From assembly GCF_000143415.4 (NCBI RefSeq), contig NW_003314301.1:832711-896710 (forward strand): a stretch of 64,000 nt of DNA, read 5' to 3'. The DNA comes from Selaginella moellendorffii (taxonomy: Eukaryota; Plantae; Lycopodiophyta). Shown here in pieces: positions 1-13,224 of the stretch. Made by a program: the position numbers and the translations under genes. Positions within the stretch are counted from its first letter, which is position 1. The number at the start of each line of letters is the position of its first letter. The notes beneath the pieces are model-generated. The model saw only the letters and a program-made list of their open reading frames with translations, had not been told where the DNA came from and did no database searches.

Positions 1-3000
1 CTTGAGTGGAGAGCCATGTCCTCTTGACATGCTACTCTTCGAGGATAGGTCCATACTTAGGACCTTTCCATTCCAATACAAGTAGTGATATACTTCGTCA
101 CCAATAAGAGTCAGACTAAGGAACAGCTCCAATACCAAATTGTAAGGGACTAATTTTTCCATTCTACTTTAGTCACTTAACTGCACCTCCGACCACTTGG
201 AGGAGTTTCATTCACAACCTCCATAAGTCCCATTCAGGACTTGGGGCTTGCTAGCCCCGAGAATGGCATCTGTGCCGCTCAACATTTGCATTTGGTCCAA
301 ATGCTCCACGTGTTTAATCCCATGACCGACACCCCAAGGTACCACTGACCTCTCAGCCCATTACACTAAGGCCATGCCCATTTACCTTGGTCACACTGGT
401 GGTCCAACACCACCTACATCGCAGTCCCGTCTTTCCAGGACTAGGCCATTCGTCCATGAGTGATCATCTTAGATCCACTCCTTAGCATCCTTAGGATGCC
501 CCCAGATATGGAGACTTCCTCACCATGTGACCGTATCCTTAGTCACTACACTAGAGGATTGCTCCTCTTCCTTTTCATCATTTGGAACTTTGGGACAACA
601 TTTCGGAACACTATGGCCTTACGCGAGCCTCATGGGTACTCTCCCCACCTTCTACCTTTTGGTACTCTAGCCATGGGCTTAGAGCAAGGTTCTGTTGAGC
701 CACGCCAGGTATCCAAGTAAGTAGTGCCACCCACACTTGGATTGGGAGCATTGACCATTCGATCTCCCAGGGGGAAATAGAGCCGACTCTTGAATACTTC
801 ACCAAGTTACCCCACTTGTCAGTCTGTATTTACTCTAGTCTTGGACTTCCCAGTGGTCAGCTTATCACCCAACACTTGGGTACAACCTTCCTGGGCCAAA
901 CTGGCCTTTCCTGGCCAAACTGGCTCCACTGCAGTCCTCCCCCTACTATACTTTTGGAGCTCACCAAACATAAGCAATTTATCCTCCTATAAGGGTATAT
1001 TTAATTTCTTTATCCCAATAAGAAGTCTTAGGTAGTTACCTTTTACCAGTTTAATGAATTATTTTGCACCTTTTGCTTAGTTGCCTCATAGTTGTCAAGT
1101 TCTACATCTCATTGCTAATGCTTTCACACCTCCATCATTATTTTGGTCACCACACTCTAACCGCATGCCTTTCAACTTAGGTTATGCCATTCCCATTTTC
1201 ATTGGGATTCCTTTGGAAGGGGTTCTCATGAACCTACCAACTTGACCTCAAGGTAGCACGCTTTAGCACATTCGGTGTTTCCACACCATCAGCTCCACAA
1301 ACCTACCTTTATGACACTTCTCACTTGTGTCTAGGTCTTTGCCAAGACTAATACAATTGTCTCTTATGCTAACTATCCACTAGCACTACACCATAGAGTT
1401 TATGCACAACTTTGTGTCAAATTTGTTTTCTTTCGAGAAACTCTTTCCCACGACTTTAGCATGGCACGTTCTGCCACCAATGAGATACCCATTGTTCTCA
1501 TACTTGGATTTTAAGATCCTCCCCATCTTTTGTGGGGCACAATACACCTTAGTCCAAATGCTTTTTCCAATCCCTTAGGACCATTCCTTGACTCTTCTTG
1601 AGTCATCCAGCATTTTTGGACTTTGCTAAACCAACGACCCATAAGGTCCTATTTTTGAGGTGTTAGCTCACTAAAACACAACTTCATATATTCATATCCT
1701 ACTTATAAGGACCATATTTGCAAGTGTTACTCCAACACTTTATTATTTTCTATTCTCTGTGGGCTACTTTTGCCCCTTTAGGACTATCCGTCCATATGAT
1801 GAGAATGCCAACTCATCCTTTGAGCACACCCCCCAACTCCTTGGGTTTGTTCAAGCATTTATAAAAGGTAACCCCAGCTACCATTTTAAGGACTCATGTC
1901 CTTATCCGTACTTGACCTCTCACGGTTGTCAATTCCGGTCCTAAATTCATGAGCACCAGCCTCAACAATGTGAGGATAATCTTGTGACTCATTTATTGTT
2001 TTGAAGTCTGCATCTTTCCCGTGATCCCAACTATAGTTGTTTATCATAACCACATTAGCTAATTTGCTAAGTCAAATGCTCATCCAGATCACATCCTCAA
2101 CTTTCTGAGGAAAACTTTATACTATTCCCAAGATCCCAAAGTCATTCCCTTACTAGCCTTTTTTGATTCACCACATCGCGCATAAGTTCACGCATGAACT
2201 TGAGTTGGAGAGCCATGTCCTTCAACATGCTACTCCTCAAGGGTAGGTCCATACGTAGGACCTTCTAATTCCAATACAAGTGGTGATATACTTGGTCACC
2301 AATAAGAGTCAGACTAAGGAACAGCTCCAATACTAGATTGTAAGCGACTAATTTTTCCATTCTACTTTAGTCACTTAACCACACCTATGACCACTTGAAG
2401 GAGTCTCATTCACAACCTTCATAAGTCCTATTCCAGACTTAGGGCTTGCTATCCCCGAGAATGGCATTCATGCCACTCAACCTTTGCACTTGGTCCAAGT
2501 ACTCCACATGTTTGATCCCTTGACCAACACCCGCCGACATACCAACCCGTTACGCTAGGCCATGCCCATTCACCTTGGTCACATCGGTGGTTTAACACCA
2601 CCTGCATTACAATCCCGTCTCTCAAAGACTGGGCCATCCATCCATGAATGGTTATCCCAGATCCACTCCATAGCATCCTCAGGATGCCTGCAGACATGGG
2701 GAATAGCCTTCCCCAATATCTCCTTTCCGGTCCCCACCAAGTCCCTTTTTGTCCATGGCTGTGTTCGCAAATACTGCCATTGGATCAAGGCCCATAGGCC
2801 CGGCCACTAAGTCCCACTGTCCTCTGGGACTCCCTCACTGTGTGACTGTGTTCTTGGTCACCACACCAGAGGGCTACTCCTCTTCCTTTCCATAATCTGT
2901 GACTTTGGGACAACATTTTGGAACACTGTGGCCCTACACAGGCCTCATGGGTACTCTCCCCACCTTCCACCTTTGGGTGCTTCAGCCATGGGCTTAGAGC

Positions 3001-3282
3001 GAGGTTCCATTGAGCCATGCCAGGTATCCAAGTAAGTAGTGCCACCCATGCTTGGACTGGGAGCATCGACCATTCAATCTCCCGAGGGAACTAAAGTCAG
3101 CTCTTAAACACTTCACTAAGCTACCCCGTTTGTCAGTTCGTATTCACTCTAGTTTTGGACTTCCCAGTGGTCAGCTCATCACCCAACACTAGGTATGGCC
3201 TTTTTGGGCTAAACTGGCCTTTCCTGGCCAAACTGTCTCCACTGGGCTCCAACCCCCACACTCTCCCTACTATACTTTTGGA
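1..3282 (-). repeat. Tandem (~2.2 kb period) degenerate long-LTR-derived sequence
   Basis: 1-960 aligns to ~2200-3282 (cttgagtggagagccatgtcc... vs cttgagttggagagccatgtcc...). The reverse complement matches 46609-48630 and parts of the LTRs at 48935-50104/55338-56279 (e.g. ccctactatacttttgga = rc of tccaaaagtatagtaggg). Confidence 0.8.
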
Positions 3283-3382
3283 NNNNNNNNNNNNNNNNNN
3301 NNNNNNNNNNNNNNNNNNNNNNNNNNNNNNNNNNNNNNNNNNNNNNNNNNNNNNNNNNNNNNNNNNNNNNNNNNNNNNNNNN
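3283..3382. other. Assembly gap (100 N)
   Basis: Run of N. Confidence 1.
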
Positions 3383-3840
3383 GGTCTCGGTCTCGGTCTC
3401 GGTCTCGGTCCCAGTCTCGGTCCCGGTCTCGGTTCCATCTTGGACTCCATCTCGGACTCCACCTCGGGTTCCATCTCAGACTCCACCTCGGGTCCAATCT
3501 TGGACTCCATCTCAGGTCCATCTCGGACTCCATCTGGGGTCCATCTCAGGTCCATCTCAGGTCCATCTCAGGTCCATCTCAGACTCCATCTTGGGTCCGT
3601 CTCAGACTCCATCTCGGGTCCGTCTCGGACTCAATCTCGAGTCCATCTCGGGTCCATCTCAGACTCCATCTTGGGTCCATCTCGGACTCCATCTCGAGTC
3701 CATCTTGGTTCCATCTCAGATCCACCTCGGACTCCACCTCAAACTCCATCTCGAACTCTATCTCGGGTCCATCTCAGATCCATCTCAGACTTCATCTCGG
3801 ATCCATCTCGGACTCAATCTCGGGTCCATCTTGGGTCCCT
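3383..3840 (-). repeat. 6/12-bp minisatellite (ATCTCGGACTCC / ATCTCGGGTCC variants) belonging to an LTR
   Basis: Reverse complement of the GAGTCCGAGATC array in the LTRs at ~49020-49300 and ~55420-55690. Confidence 0.85.
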
Positions 3841-4029
3841 TTTCCAGAGACTCACTTATCTCTCACTTCGTGCTTGTTCCTCGAGCACTTCGTTGGGAGT
3901 TCCACTCTTGCTCTTGACCTTTCAAGTTGAAACTTTTAGTCCAAACGTGTTATACTCGTTTGGTTTTTGCTTCGGCCACTACCACATGGCACCCTTTCGG
4001 CTCCACTTTGGGGCCTAGGGATTTTGTGT

Positions 4030-6960
4030 CTCACACCTTGTTTGCAATAGCTCCCCATGATGTTTGAGGAGGCCAGTAGCAAGGCTGGATAGAGCTGAGG
4101 CCAAACTTTGCAGACTTGACATGGGCCTCACCACCATTGAATTGCCTTGCACGCCGGACAAATACTCTTGGGTTGGTCATGGATGAAGGTTGGATTCCTG
4201 AGGCTTGGAGTGATAGTAGAATCGCATGTTAGGCCGTGCCGGGTTGGAAAGGAATATTGAAGTATAAGCCACCCTATATGAGACACTCTAGGAGGTCCAC
4301 TACTAGCTCGTCAAGTTCTATCACCTTCACAAATGGCTCTCTTTTCCGCCCATACAAGTGTACATGCCAAGTCTTCGGGATTGCTCCACTTGGTGACAAG
4401 AACTGTGGTGAACGGCCAGGGGACCAAGGGTGTCGTAAATGACATCCCACCAATGACTTTGGATTGACTGCCACAACGTCCACGACGACAAGATAAGAAT
4501 TGCCGATTGTTATCAGCATAGGTGTGCACTGCAGCCACAAGCAGTGAGAGAGTCTAGCATAGTGAAACAAAAATGAGTTAAACAAATCTAAAGAAAAAAA
4601 AATGAAGAGTGCATGGGGTCATGTTATACTTGTGGCTCACATGGCAGCCTTCCTTGAGGGTCAGCTTGAACATATCTAGATGTTGAAGCTCCACTAGATG
4701 ATGATGTCGATCCTTGGGAATAATTGTGGAAAGCTGATGGGGAACTATAAGCTCGCTGGTGTGGCAGCATTGTCAACTCACCCTACGCAGAAAAACACAT
4801 GGAAAAAAGACAGGTACAAATCAAAAACTTACCAAGCTAGACCGCTTGTTGCTTCAGGAGGTAGATGGCCAGGTACTAGCACTTGTACTGGTAAATGGAG
4901 TTGCAAGAGTTGTAGCGGCTGGTGGAGTTACGGGGCTAGTAGTAGTGGCACCATATGGGGTTCTGTGAGCACATCCTATAGTTGGTGTTGGTGGCAACGT
5001 TCTAGATTGGACAACACCATGGGCATGAGGCGTCTAGAATTGCTCATTTCGGACGCTCGAGATGCTACTTTCCACAGGAAGGTGAGGAGAACAAAACATG
5101 CTAGAGGTTCCACATATGTTGCAATGTATGCACTCTGCTTGCTCAAATGCAGTCGGGAGCTGTGGATGGGATGCTGTTGGAGTTGATGTCCCTGCTGCGG
5201 AGCTTGGAAAATCAAGTGGCTAGCATGTGTCTCATGGGACTATTGGCTATACTGATTGTGGAACATTGAGTGCTTGGTTGTGTGCTCGCGAGGTATTTCC
5301 TGCACAGTGTCTACTACTGTTGAGGCGTGTGGCATTCTTGCTTCGAGCATAGAAACCACAAGGGATTAGTTATGCAAACCTGATCGAGGAGAAGCTACCC
5401 ACCATCACAACTGTGGCGCTCTTGCTTGTAGTCTTGCGATCGAGGGAGTGTGCACTAGAACTCTTGCCTCCAGTTAGATGACACAAATCGATTAGAAGAA
5501 TGAACAAACCATCGATAAAATCATGTCATAAAATGAAATCACCCCGTATCCAAGGCACAATTAATATGGGTGGGACCCTAATCCCAAATGTGGGAACCCT
5601 AAAATTGAAGAAATCAAGAATTGAATTTAAATTTGAAATGTATACTAAAGAGCACTCAATTTTTTCCGAGTATGGCCAAGTATAACTTTTCCAAAGCTTG
5701 TCACTTCACTAGTGTTGCTGTAAGTAAGGCACTCTCGGTGTAAAGTGGTAGATCTACACCCACAACATCAATCATTGCACACTCCATTGTTAGATCCAAA
5801 TGAAGTAAATATTGCTTGTCCAAGTTGAGTCCCTCCTGATGCATAAAAAATGTCAGGTTTCGAACAATGCCAAGAGCCTGTAAGGTAGCCAAGCACAATG
5901 AAATAGATTTAAAGAAATTATTCTATTCTTGCTCTAAAGGTTACCTCTGACAGAGTTGCACCTTCGATATTGGAAAGAAATGGTCCAAGAACGTCTTCAA
6001 TATCTTTTCCACCAATAGCCGGCATAATCCTACAAAAGCACAATTTATAAAGAATTCTGTAACATTACCAAAAATATTACCCATACTCTCGTTCCATCGG
6101 TTGAAATAAGTTTGCAGGAACATGAGATGGTCTGAAGTAATCACCACATCGATATGGACGAACCTCATGGAGGTTCCAGGTTGCAACCCAGTGTGAAATA
6201 TCCTTCTTGAGGTACAAAGCAAAGTCACAATGTATATGGCAAAGTGCATAAACCTCTTTATTTCTGTAAATTTGTCATCGAATCCTTATCATGTGCCTCT
6301 GTTCCAGCCTACTTAGATTGTGAGTGGCTAAGGCCTCACAAATTTTGTGTCGGCAAACCAGTATCCTTCAGTTTGACAACTAGATCGAGAATTGATAATC
6401 CTCTAGTTTGTGCCACCTAAATTCATGACATTGTTAGTTTGAACATGATGAAGTACCTCTTTAAGTGGTACTTTATAATATACACCTCTCCAATTTAGAT
6501 CAACAAGCCACACGTATTTGTACAGTGTTGGCTTGGAAATTCTAAGATAGCATATGAGGTAAGTAGTAGTCTTAGTTTTGAGGATCTTCAAGTGCATCCA
6601 AGTGCCAAATGCAACTAGACTACCGAATCCCCTCAATTGCAAAAAATTAAAGAAGGCCTAGAAACGTGCAAATCATGAATCTAGGAGGTTGAAAACTAAG
6701 TAAACCTCTAGGAGAGCATTGTTGTCACTATCCATATTGGAACTATAGTCCAAATCACTAAAATGGGATGGAAGGCCATCCACCTCGTCTTCCTCCATGT
6801 CTTCCAATAAACCGGGAAGAAAAAATTTCAATGACACAAATTTGAAGTAAACTAGGGAGTCATGGTAGGAACTTAAAAGTCCATAGAGAGCAATTGAGTA
6901 GTAAATAAAAGCCACTTCCACACATTGCCCACAAAAACATTTGAAACCAATCATTAGCAA
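4030..6960 (-). pseudogene. Degraded, unrecognised multi-exon coding-like sequence (possibly TE-associated)
   Basis: Several short minus-strand ORFs separated by intron-like tracts; no motif I recognise. Confidence 0.2.
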
Positions 6961-7270
6961 ACTAAGCTACCTTCCACATCTGCTACCAAGAAACATGCCA
7001 AGCAGGGCGCTAAGGCAAGGAAGTGTCTCCTAAACCCTATGACTTGATGAATCCCTATGTCATGGGGTCAAACTTGATGATATGTGGCATCTATATATAG
7101 CATATTATGGGGACATCATTGGCCCATTGGGCCAGCATCCATGGGGTATCCATGAGGCATCCAAATGACATTTAATGCCGAACAAATAGAAAAATGCCAC
7201 ATGGACACTGTATTGTGAGTGAAATCTGCCACAGTAACACTCACCCTTTTACAAATTGCATGTCATACCA

Positions 7271-9420
7271 AACACACACACACACACACAAACACTCTCC
7301 TCTTTACCAAGTGAGAAAACAAAGAGAGTATAGGTTATATTTGATACTTATAACTCTTCTCTTCCAAAATTCATGTGTATTTCTCTCTCTTTCTCTAGTT
7401 TTTTTCTCATCTGGAGAGCATATTCACTTGATGGATGAAGGTTGATCACAAACAATGCCCTCAAAAAGATTGTGAAGGGTTGTTTTGTATAGAACAGACA
7501 AAAGCAAAGAAAAATTCTTTGATTAAAACTCTTTGAACGTTCTTCCAAGCTTCTAAAAAATGGGTTGTTTGGCGATCACTCTCTCTGGATTTGAATAGAT
7601 CATTCGCAGCAAGAGATGTTTGAATGTTTAAAAGTTTGACACTGGGCTGGCTGGTGCTCACTCCTTCCAGCGCGTGCGCTGGTCCTACCATTCCAGACTA
7701 CTAAGAATTTCTCTCTAGTTTAAGGCTGTGTCCCAAAGACGACACATTTAGACTGGCGCTTTCTCTAAGGGGGCGGGGGTGGACAAAAGTAGGGGCATGA
7801 GTGCATGGAAGCTTCGAGGTTTGGTTGCCTAAAGTCAAGTTGCCACACTAGGAGTCAGTGTTTTGCATTGCTACCTACAACAGCCAGCCAATGAGGAAGG
7901 AGAAGAGAAGAAGATTGGGTTTGAGTGGCCTAGCCCACTCAAACTAGAACATGCACATAATCTCTTTTGCTATTGGTCCACCACCTAATTTTACACTTCT
8001 ACACAAACATCAGGTACATAAGTATGTTATTTAATTTTATTAACAGAGGGACACTAAGAAATGTGATCAAGATATATAAAAATATCTTAATATTTCCAAT
8101 CTCAGAAATATCATGCTTTTTCACAGCACTTTTCCAAAGATATCTGCAAGGCAATGTAATACATTTTTTTAAAACAAAACTAAATAATCTAACTAATATT
8201 TGTGTTCATATTGCATTATTCTTCAAAATCTTGACATTGTGAGACATTAGATTCAACAATTATATTATAGCGTACAAATAATTCTTTCTTTTTGCAACTT
8301 TGCCAAATAAATGTGATTGTAAAGAGAAATAAAAATAGATAAAATATTAAAAATTAACTCCTAAACCAAATTTATTTAGGCTGAAAAAAATATTTATTCC
8401 AGAATCTTTCTACTTCTAGGGAATAATCAATTCAATAATTTATATATTATTTTGAAGTTATAGTTTTTATTTTTTGAAAAACATTGTACTAAATATAAAA
8501 GTGAGGTATAATTTTGTTAATTCTTTACTTAGAAAAATAAATAACCCAAATATTAAAACTAATTTGTAAAGTAAAAGGAGGTAATAGCACAAATATATCT
8601 TTTTTTATTATGTTTATATCATATTTTGTTATCTTTATAATAGTTACAACCATCTTCAATAATAAAATAGTGTTATGAGTATTAAATTACAAATTCAAAT
8701 ATTTATAAATTAAGATACTAGTCTTGACTAAACTTTAACTTTATTGTTTTCTATCCAAGGGTTCATTATGTAGCATGCAAAAATATCATTATTTCATTGC
8801 TTATTATGTAATACACCACATCAAATAAAATTAAATATATAGTTTTCCCCAAAAGGCAAATCAATGGTTATTTATATTTTTATTAACTGCCAAACTAAAT
8901 TCATCATATTTTTGCTTAACTCAAAATATGTATATTTGAGTGCAAAAATATTAAATAACAATAAATAAAATTTTATAAAATAAAATGCTTTATAAAATAA
9001 CAAATAAAAAATAAAGTTTAAAATAATCTATTAAAGTGTTCTAAGGAAGAAAAAAAAACTAATTTTGACACTACACTAAATTTTTATATTATTAATTTAT
9101 AATTATTCTTAACTTTTAATTTTGCCTTATGTGCTGTTAGAATGGCAAAATTTAATGTAAGAAAACTTTATCTTATTTAAAAAGATAAAATGTAATTAAG
9201 TTTCAAATCATGTTAAAAAGTTTACCCTAACAAACAGAACTTTAGGTTTAGTGGTGATGGACCAGGCTTCTGCAAGTGTGGGAATCAGTCCCGTAGGGAA
9301 TGTGAGCTTAGATCCAACTTACCCTCACAGGATTAGTTCACGAGATTTTCAAGAGCGTTTGGGAGAAGACTAGCCAGGGTTTGCTTTTCCTCTCTCTCTC
9401 TTTTGTCTGAGCTCCACAAA
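7271..9420. repeat. Dispersed ~2 kb repeat: (CA)n head plus very AT-rich body, copy 1
   Basis: Colinear with 14811-16640; shared end ...gtttaccctaacaaacagaactttaggtttagtggtgatgga...ggaatcagtcc. Confidence 0.85.
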
Positions 9421-9444
9421 CAGATTTTTCCCCTCGAGGATGTA

Positions 9445-9452
9445 CACGTGGC
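9445..9452 (+). promoter_or_regulatory. G-box/ABRE (CACGTGGC) upstream of NLR1
   Basis: Exact motif, at a homologous position in all three NLR upstream regions. Confidence 0.4.
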
Positions 9453-9783
9453 AACCGGTAATTGGAGGTTTAAGTCAGTCGTTTTTGTTCTCGAGAACAT
9501 GGCTGGGCACTAGAAGGCGCAGTGTTCTGGAGAACATGTACAGCCACGTAGGATGACTGCCTCTCGGTGGGACATTGATTTAATCTTGAAAGGTACGCTC
9601 GTTACATGCGACGATCGTTATTAAGTCGTGCTTTAGTCTTCTTTTCTTACGTTTTTAATGGTGTCATGTAAAAATTTAGAAAAATAATGGAACACGGCAT
9701 GCATCATTTTGTATGTATGAACTAGCGAGAGAACGTAGAGGACGTTATATGCTTGTGTTGAGCAAAATACAGAGCTTGCATCC

Positions 9784-12647
9784 ATGGCCAGCCTCGATCC
9801 CACGGGTGTGCTGGGAGCGCTTGTTTCTGAAGCTGTCAGAGAAGTGATTGGGCTTGCCAAGTCTGCCATTCATTGCAAGAAGAAGTGCAGGGAGTTGGAA
9901 GATTCATTGACCAAAGCATCAGATCTGCTAGGTGAAATGAATTCTGCTGCCGAGGGCTCTCTGAGCTCCTCACAACTGGATTCCTGGCTGAAAGCCCTCC
10001 AAGCCAAGGTTGAAGAGGCTAAACCTCTTGTTCTTGAATGTCAGTCTCTGCAAAATCCCATTCTAGATGGCCGAAAGAGGTAGTTTGGTTGTGCTTCTCT
10101 TGGGATATTTCTGAATTTCTGAATTGAGTTTGTGATTTTGTTTCAGGATACAGCTTGCTACCAAGATCGAACACTGTTCCAAGGCGATCCATGGGCACTT
10201 GGCTGCAGCTTCTCTACATCTTGGCGTTGAGATTCTGAAGAACATTGATACATTGAAGAAGCACAATGAGGTCCCGTCTAATGTCGTTCCAAAGGAAGAA
10301 CAGCATGTTGTTCCTCTGGATAAGCACATTTTCGGTATGGAAGAGACGCTGGAGCGGGTTGTATCAGACTTGCTGGAGTCCCCTATAAGCAGGAAGTGGG
10401 TTGGAGTCCATGGAGCAGGAGGTGCTGGAAAAACACTCCTGGCCAAACGAGTATGTGACAACGATCAAGTCAAGGGGCGTTTCGATCCAGTTTTGTGGCT
10501 AACATTCGGTCAGTCGGTTCAGGTACATTCCTTAAGCTTATAATGCAACATATTGAGCGGCTATGGTTGGATCTCCTCAGGTGGAAGCAAAGCAAGACGA
10601 ACTTGCCAAAAAAATCCAACTAGAAGGCGATAAGATCAGCAATGAAGCACTGAGGAGGGGGCTTGTTGGGAAGAGATGCTTGCTAGTGTTGGATGATGTC
10701 TGGAAGTTCAACGATGTGAATCTCTTTGATGTGGTGCAAGAGAATGGAAGCAAGATCTTCATTACCACTCGAAAACATGATGTGCTTGACAGTAGAGGTG
10801 CAATCAAAACCGAGATGGGGCTCTTGGGAAAGGAAGACAGCATGAAGTTGTTCGCAGTCCACGCATTCCCAAACCAAAATCACGCTCAAGTCAGCAAGGC
10901 AGTGGTGGAGCAAGTTGTGGAAAAGTGTGGGGGGCTTCCACTGGTCTTGGAGGTAATTGGCAGGAGAATGGCAGCCACACAAGATTGGGACTACGTTCTG
11001 AGCAAACTCAAGGATCAGCAAGTTATTGCTCTTGATGAGGAAGAACAGGTACTGCAGCGACTCAAGCTGGGTTACGATGCATTATTGCCTCTTCGCATCC
11101 AGCAGCACTTTCTCTTCTTTGCTGCATTTCCAGAAGACTGGCCGATTCGATTTTGGGAGCTGTTCAGGTGTTGGAAAGGGGAAGGGCTGGTTGCCAACAC
11201 AGCAGAGGCCAAGAATGTTTTAGAAAGGCTCAAGAATCACGCACTTATCACTGAAGAAGGAAAAGACCGGCCAGGGGAGAATAAGAGGTACAGGATTCAC
11301 AATGCGAAAGCAGAAAGCTATTTGGGAAATAGGAGGTACAGGATTCACGATGCGTTGCTGGCTCTTGCTTTGCACATCCTGGAACAAGAAGGCCCCAAGT
11401 GTTATTTCAAGGCTGGGCAGTCGCAGATGAGGGATGTGGGGGACGCCTTCACGAGTAACTACAGCAGGATTTCACTGTTTGAGTGTGGAATTTCGGAAAT
11501 CCCTCTGCCTAAGAAGAACAGGGTCAAAGTTTCCAGCACCACTTGCCTGCTCTTGGATTATAATCTCGATCTCACTGCATTGCCAAGCCTCTCTCTTTTC
11601 AAAGGCTTGAAGGTTTTGTGCCTGAGTCACACTGAGGTGGTAAGTCTGCCACATAGCATTGGACAGCTCAAGACTCTGGAGACTCTGGATTTGTCTTGGA
11701 ATGCTTCACTCAAAAGCATCCCAGATTCACTGGGCAACTTGGCGAATTTATCATATTTGAATTTGCAAGACTGTCCGAAACTCAAGTCTTTCCCTGTGGA
11801 TGCTTTGCTCAAACTCACCAAGCTGGTCTACTTAAACGGAGGTGCATGTTTTACAATGTGGACATGCCACAGGCTGCATCATCGGTTTTTGAAACATCTG
11901 AAATGCGTAAACAGAAGGCTTGGAAGGGATGGGATGTTTCAAGCATTGACAGAGTTGGAGGTGTTGATTATCAAAGCACATTTGGGTATTGGCGTGCCCA
12001 CCATTTCTCAACTGGCATCACTCAAGGTCCTCAACATCGACACCTGTCCCTCCTTGAAGGACCTCTCCATCTCGTTCCTTCCAAAGCTAGAGACATTTAC
12101 TCTAGGTTTCTGCGACGAAGTGACCACCATCAACATATCCGAGTGCCCATCACTGAGAGTTGTTCATATCGAGTACATTCACAGGCTTGCCCGTGTTGCA
12201 TTCGGTGGCAAGTTCCCACGACTTGAAGAAATAATCCTTGAAGGACTTCAACAGCTGTCAGATGTCTCTTTAGGTGCCGTGGATGCCTTCCCACAGCTGA
12301 TGCAGCTGCAAATACAAGGCTGTTGTATTGACCAATTACCAGAATGGTTCGCTTCACTCACAACATTGAGAACTCTGAGATTAATTTTTTTGGGGAAGTT
12401 GGATGTGATACCCGATGGTGTTGCAAGGCTTCCTCTGCTAAGAAGGCTTGATCTGCAAGGTTGCGAGAAGATCCGCGTGTTACCCTTTGCAGATTCTGAG
12501 GACAGCTCCTTCTATCCATCCCTGAAGTACTTACGCTTATGCAACACATCCGTCTCTCGAAAGCACCTCTCGCAACGCCTTCGAAAAATTGCAGAGTTAC
12601 GTTTTTTAGAAGATGAGGACCTCTGCAATAACCAAATCTCAAATTAA
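9784..12647 (+). CDS. RPW8-like CC - NB-ARC - LRR protein (NLR1), exons 9784-10079, 10147-10522, 10581-12647; 912 aa
   Basis: GT-AG introns join the three ORFs in frame. Motifs: N-term GVLGALVSEAVREV..K..IHCK (RPW8-like), P-loop GAGGAGKT, kinase-2 LLVLDDVW, GSKIFITTR, CGGLPL, FAAFPED, IHD, LRRs. Confidence 0.92.
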
Positions 12648-12815
12648 CGAAGCTTTGGAACAACATTGTGCAAACCTGCGAAGGGTAACAATCTGCAAAG
12701 AGTCCATCTTTCATGATCAGTGTCATGTTGGCAGTACTCCAGTTCAACCTGGAAAACGAACACACAGAATCATAGTAAACCTCGTTTTACCTCGAGCAAA
12801 CAAACCAGCACCCCA
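12644..12815 (-). pseudogene. Chimeric remnant: CYP94 3' end fused to methyltransferase 3' exons
   Basis: agtccatctttcatgatcagtgtcatgttg matches the CYP end at ~31589-31618, joined at 12730/12731 to gcagtactccagttcaacctgg, which matches the methyltransferase at 33793+. Confidence 0.85.
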
Positions 12816-13152
12816 TCTTAAGAGTGCTCCACCGGGAAAGAAGAGCATCTCGCCCGCGATCTGACGAAGCCGAGCGTGGTATTCCCCGAGGAATCCACCG
12901 CTGCGCGGCCTGGCGGCTGCTGCTGGTGGATGCTGTTGGCGATATCCACGCAGGTGTTCCAGATCCGGTACCTCAGCTTCCACATTTGCAGCCGCTGCTC
13001 CTCGGAGAGCTCGGATTTGAGGCCAAGCACGCATTCTTGGAGCTCGGAGAAGTCTGCTCGATGTCGCAAACGAGGCGCTCGATTCTCCGCAGCGGATTCA
13101 CATTAGCCTCATCGCCGATCCCTGGATCACCAAGTACCTCCGAGATGAGCAT
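12816..13152 (-). pseudogene. ZIP4: ZIP4/SPO22 5' fragment
   Basis: LQMWKLRYRIWNTCVDIANS...HARLRQIAGEMLF resembles plant ZIP4 N-terminus (WKLSFRLWNACVDLAN...LRHVAADMLFLA); frameshifted. Confidence 0.8.
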
Positions 13153-13224
13153 CGTGAGACGCTCGTCCTCCCGCGCCATAAACCCTAACCTTTTCCTCTT
13201 TGTTAACCGATCGGTGCGCCAGCA

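Noticed and set aside
3383-3840. CRISPR-like array
   Set aside because: No unique spacers, eukaryotic context; simple minisatellite.
3133-4018. Long Ser/Gly/Pro/Glu-rich ORFs, also at 48986-49307 and 55389-55807
   Set aside because: Stop-free translations of the 6/12-bp LTR minisatellite; one spans the N gap.
12644-13152. Integrated decoy domains fused to the NLRs
   Set aside because: The CYP, methyltransferase and ZIP4 pieces are antisense and downstream of the NLR stops, not in-frame fusions.
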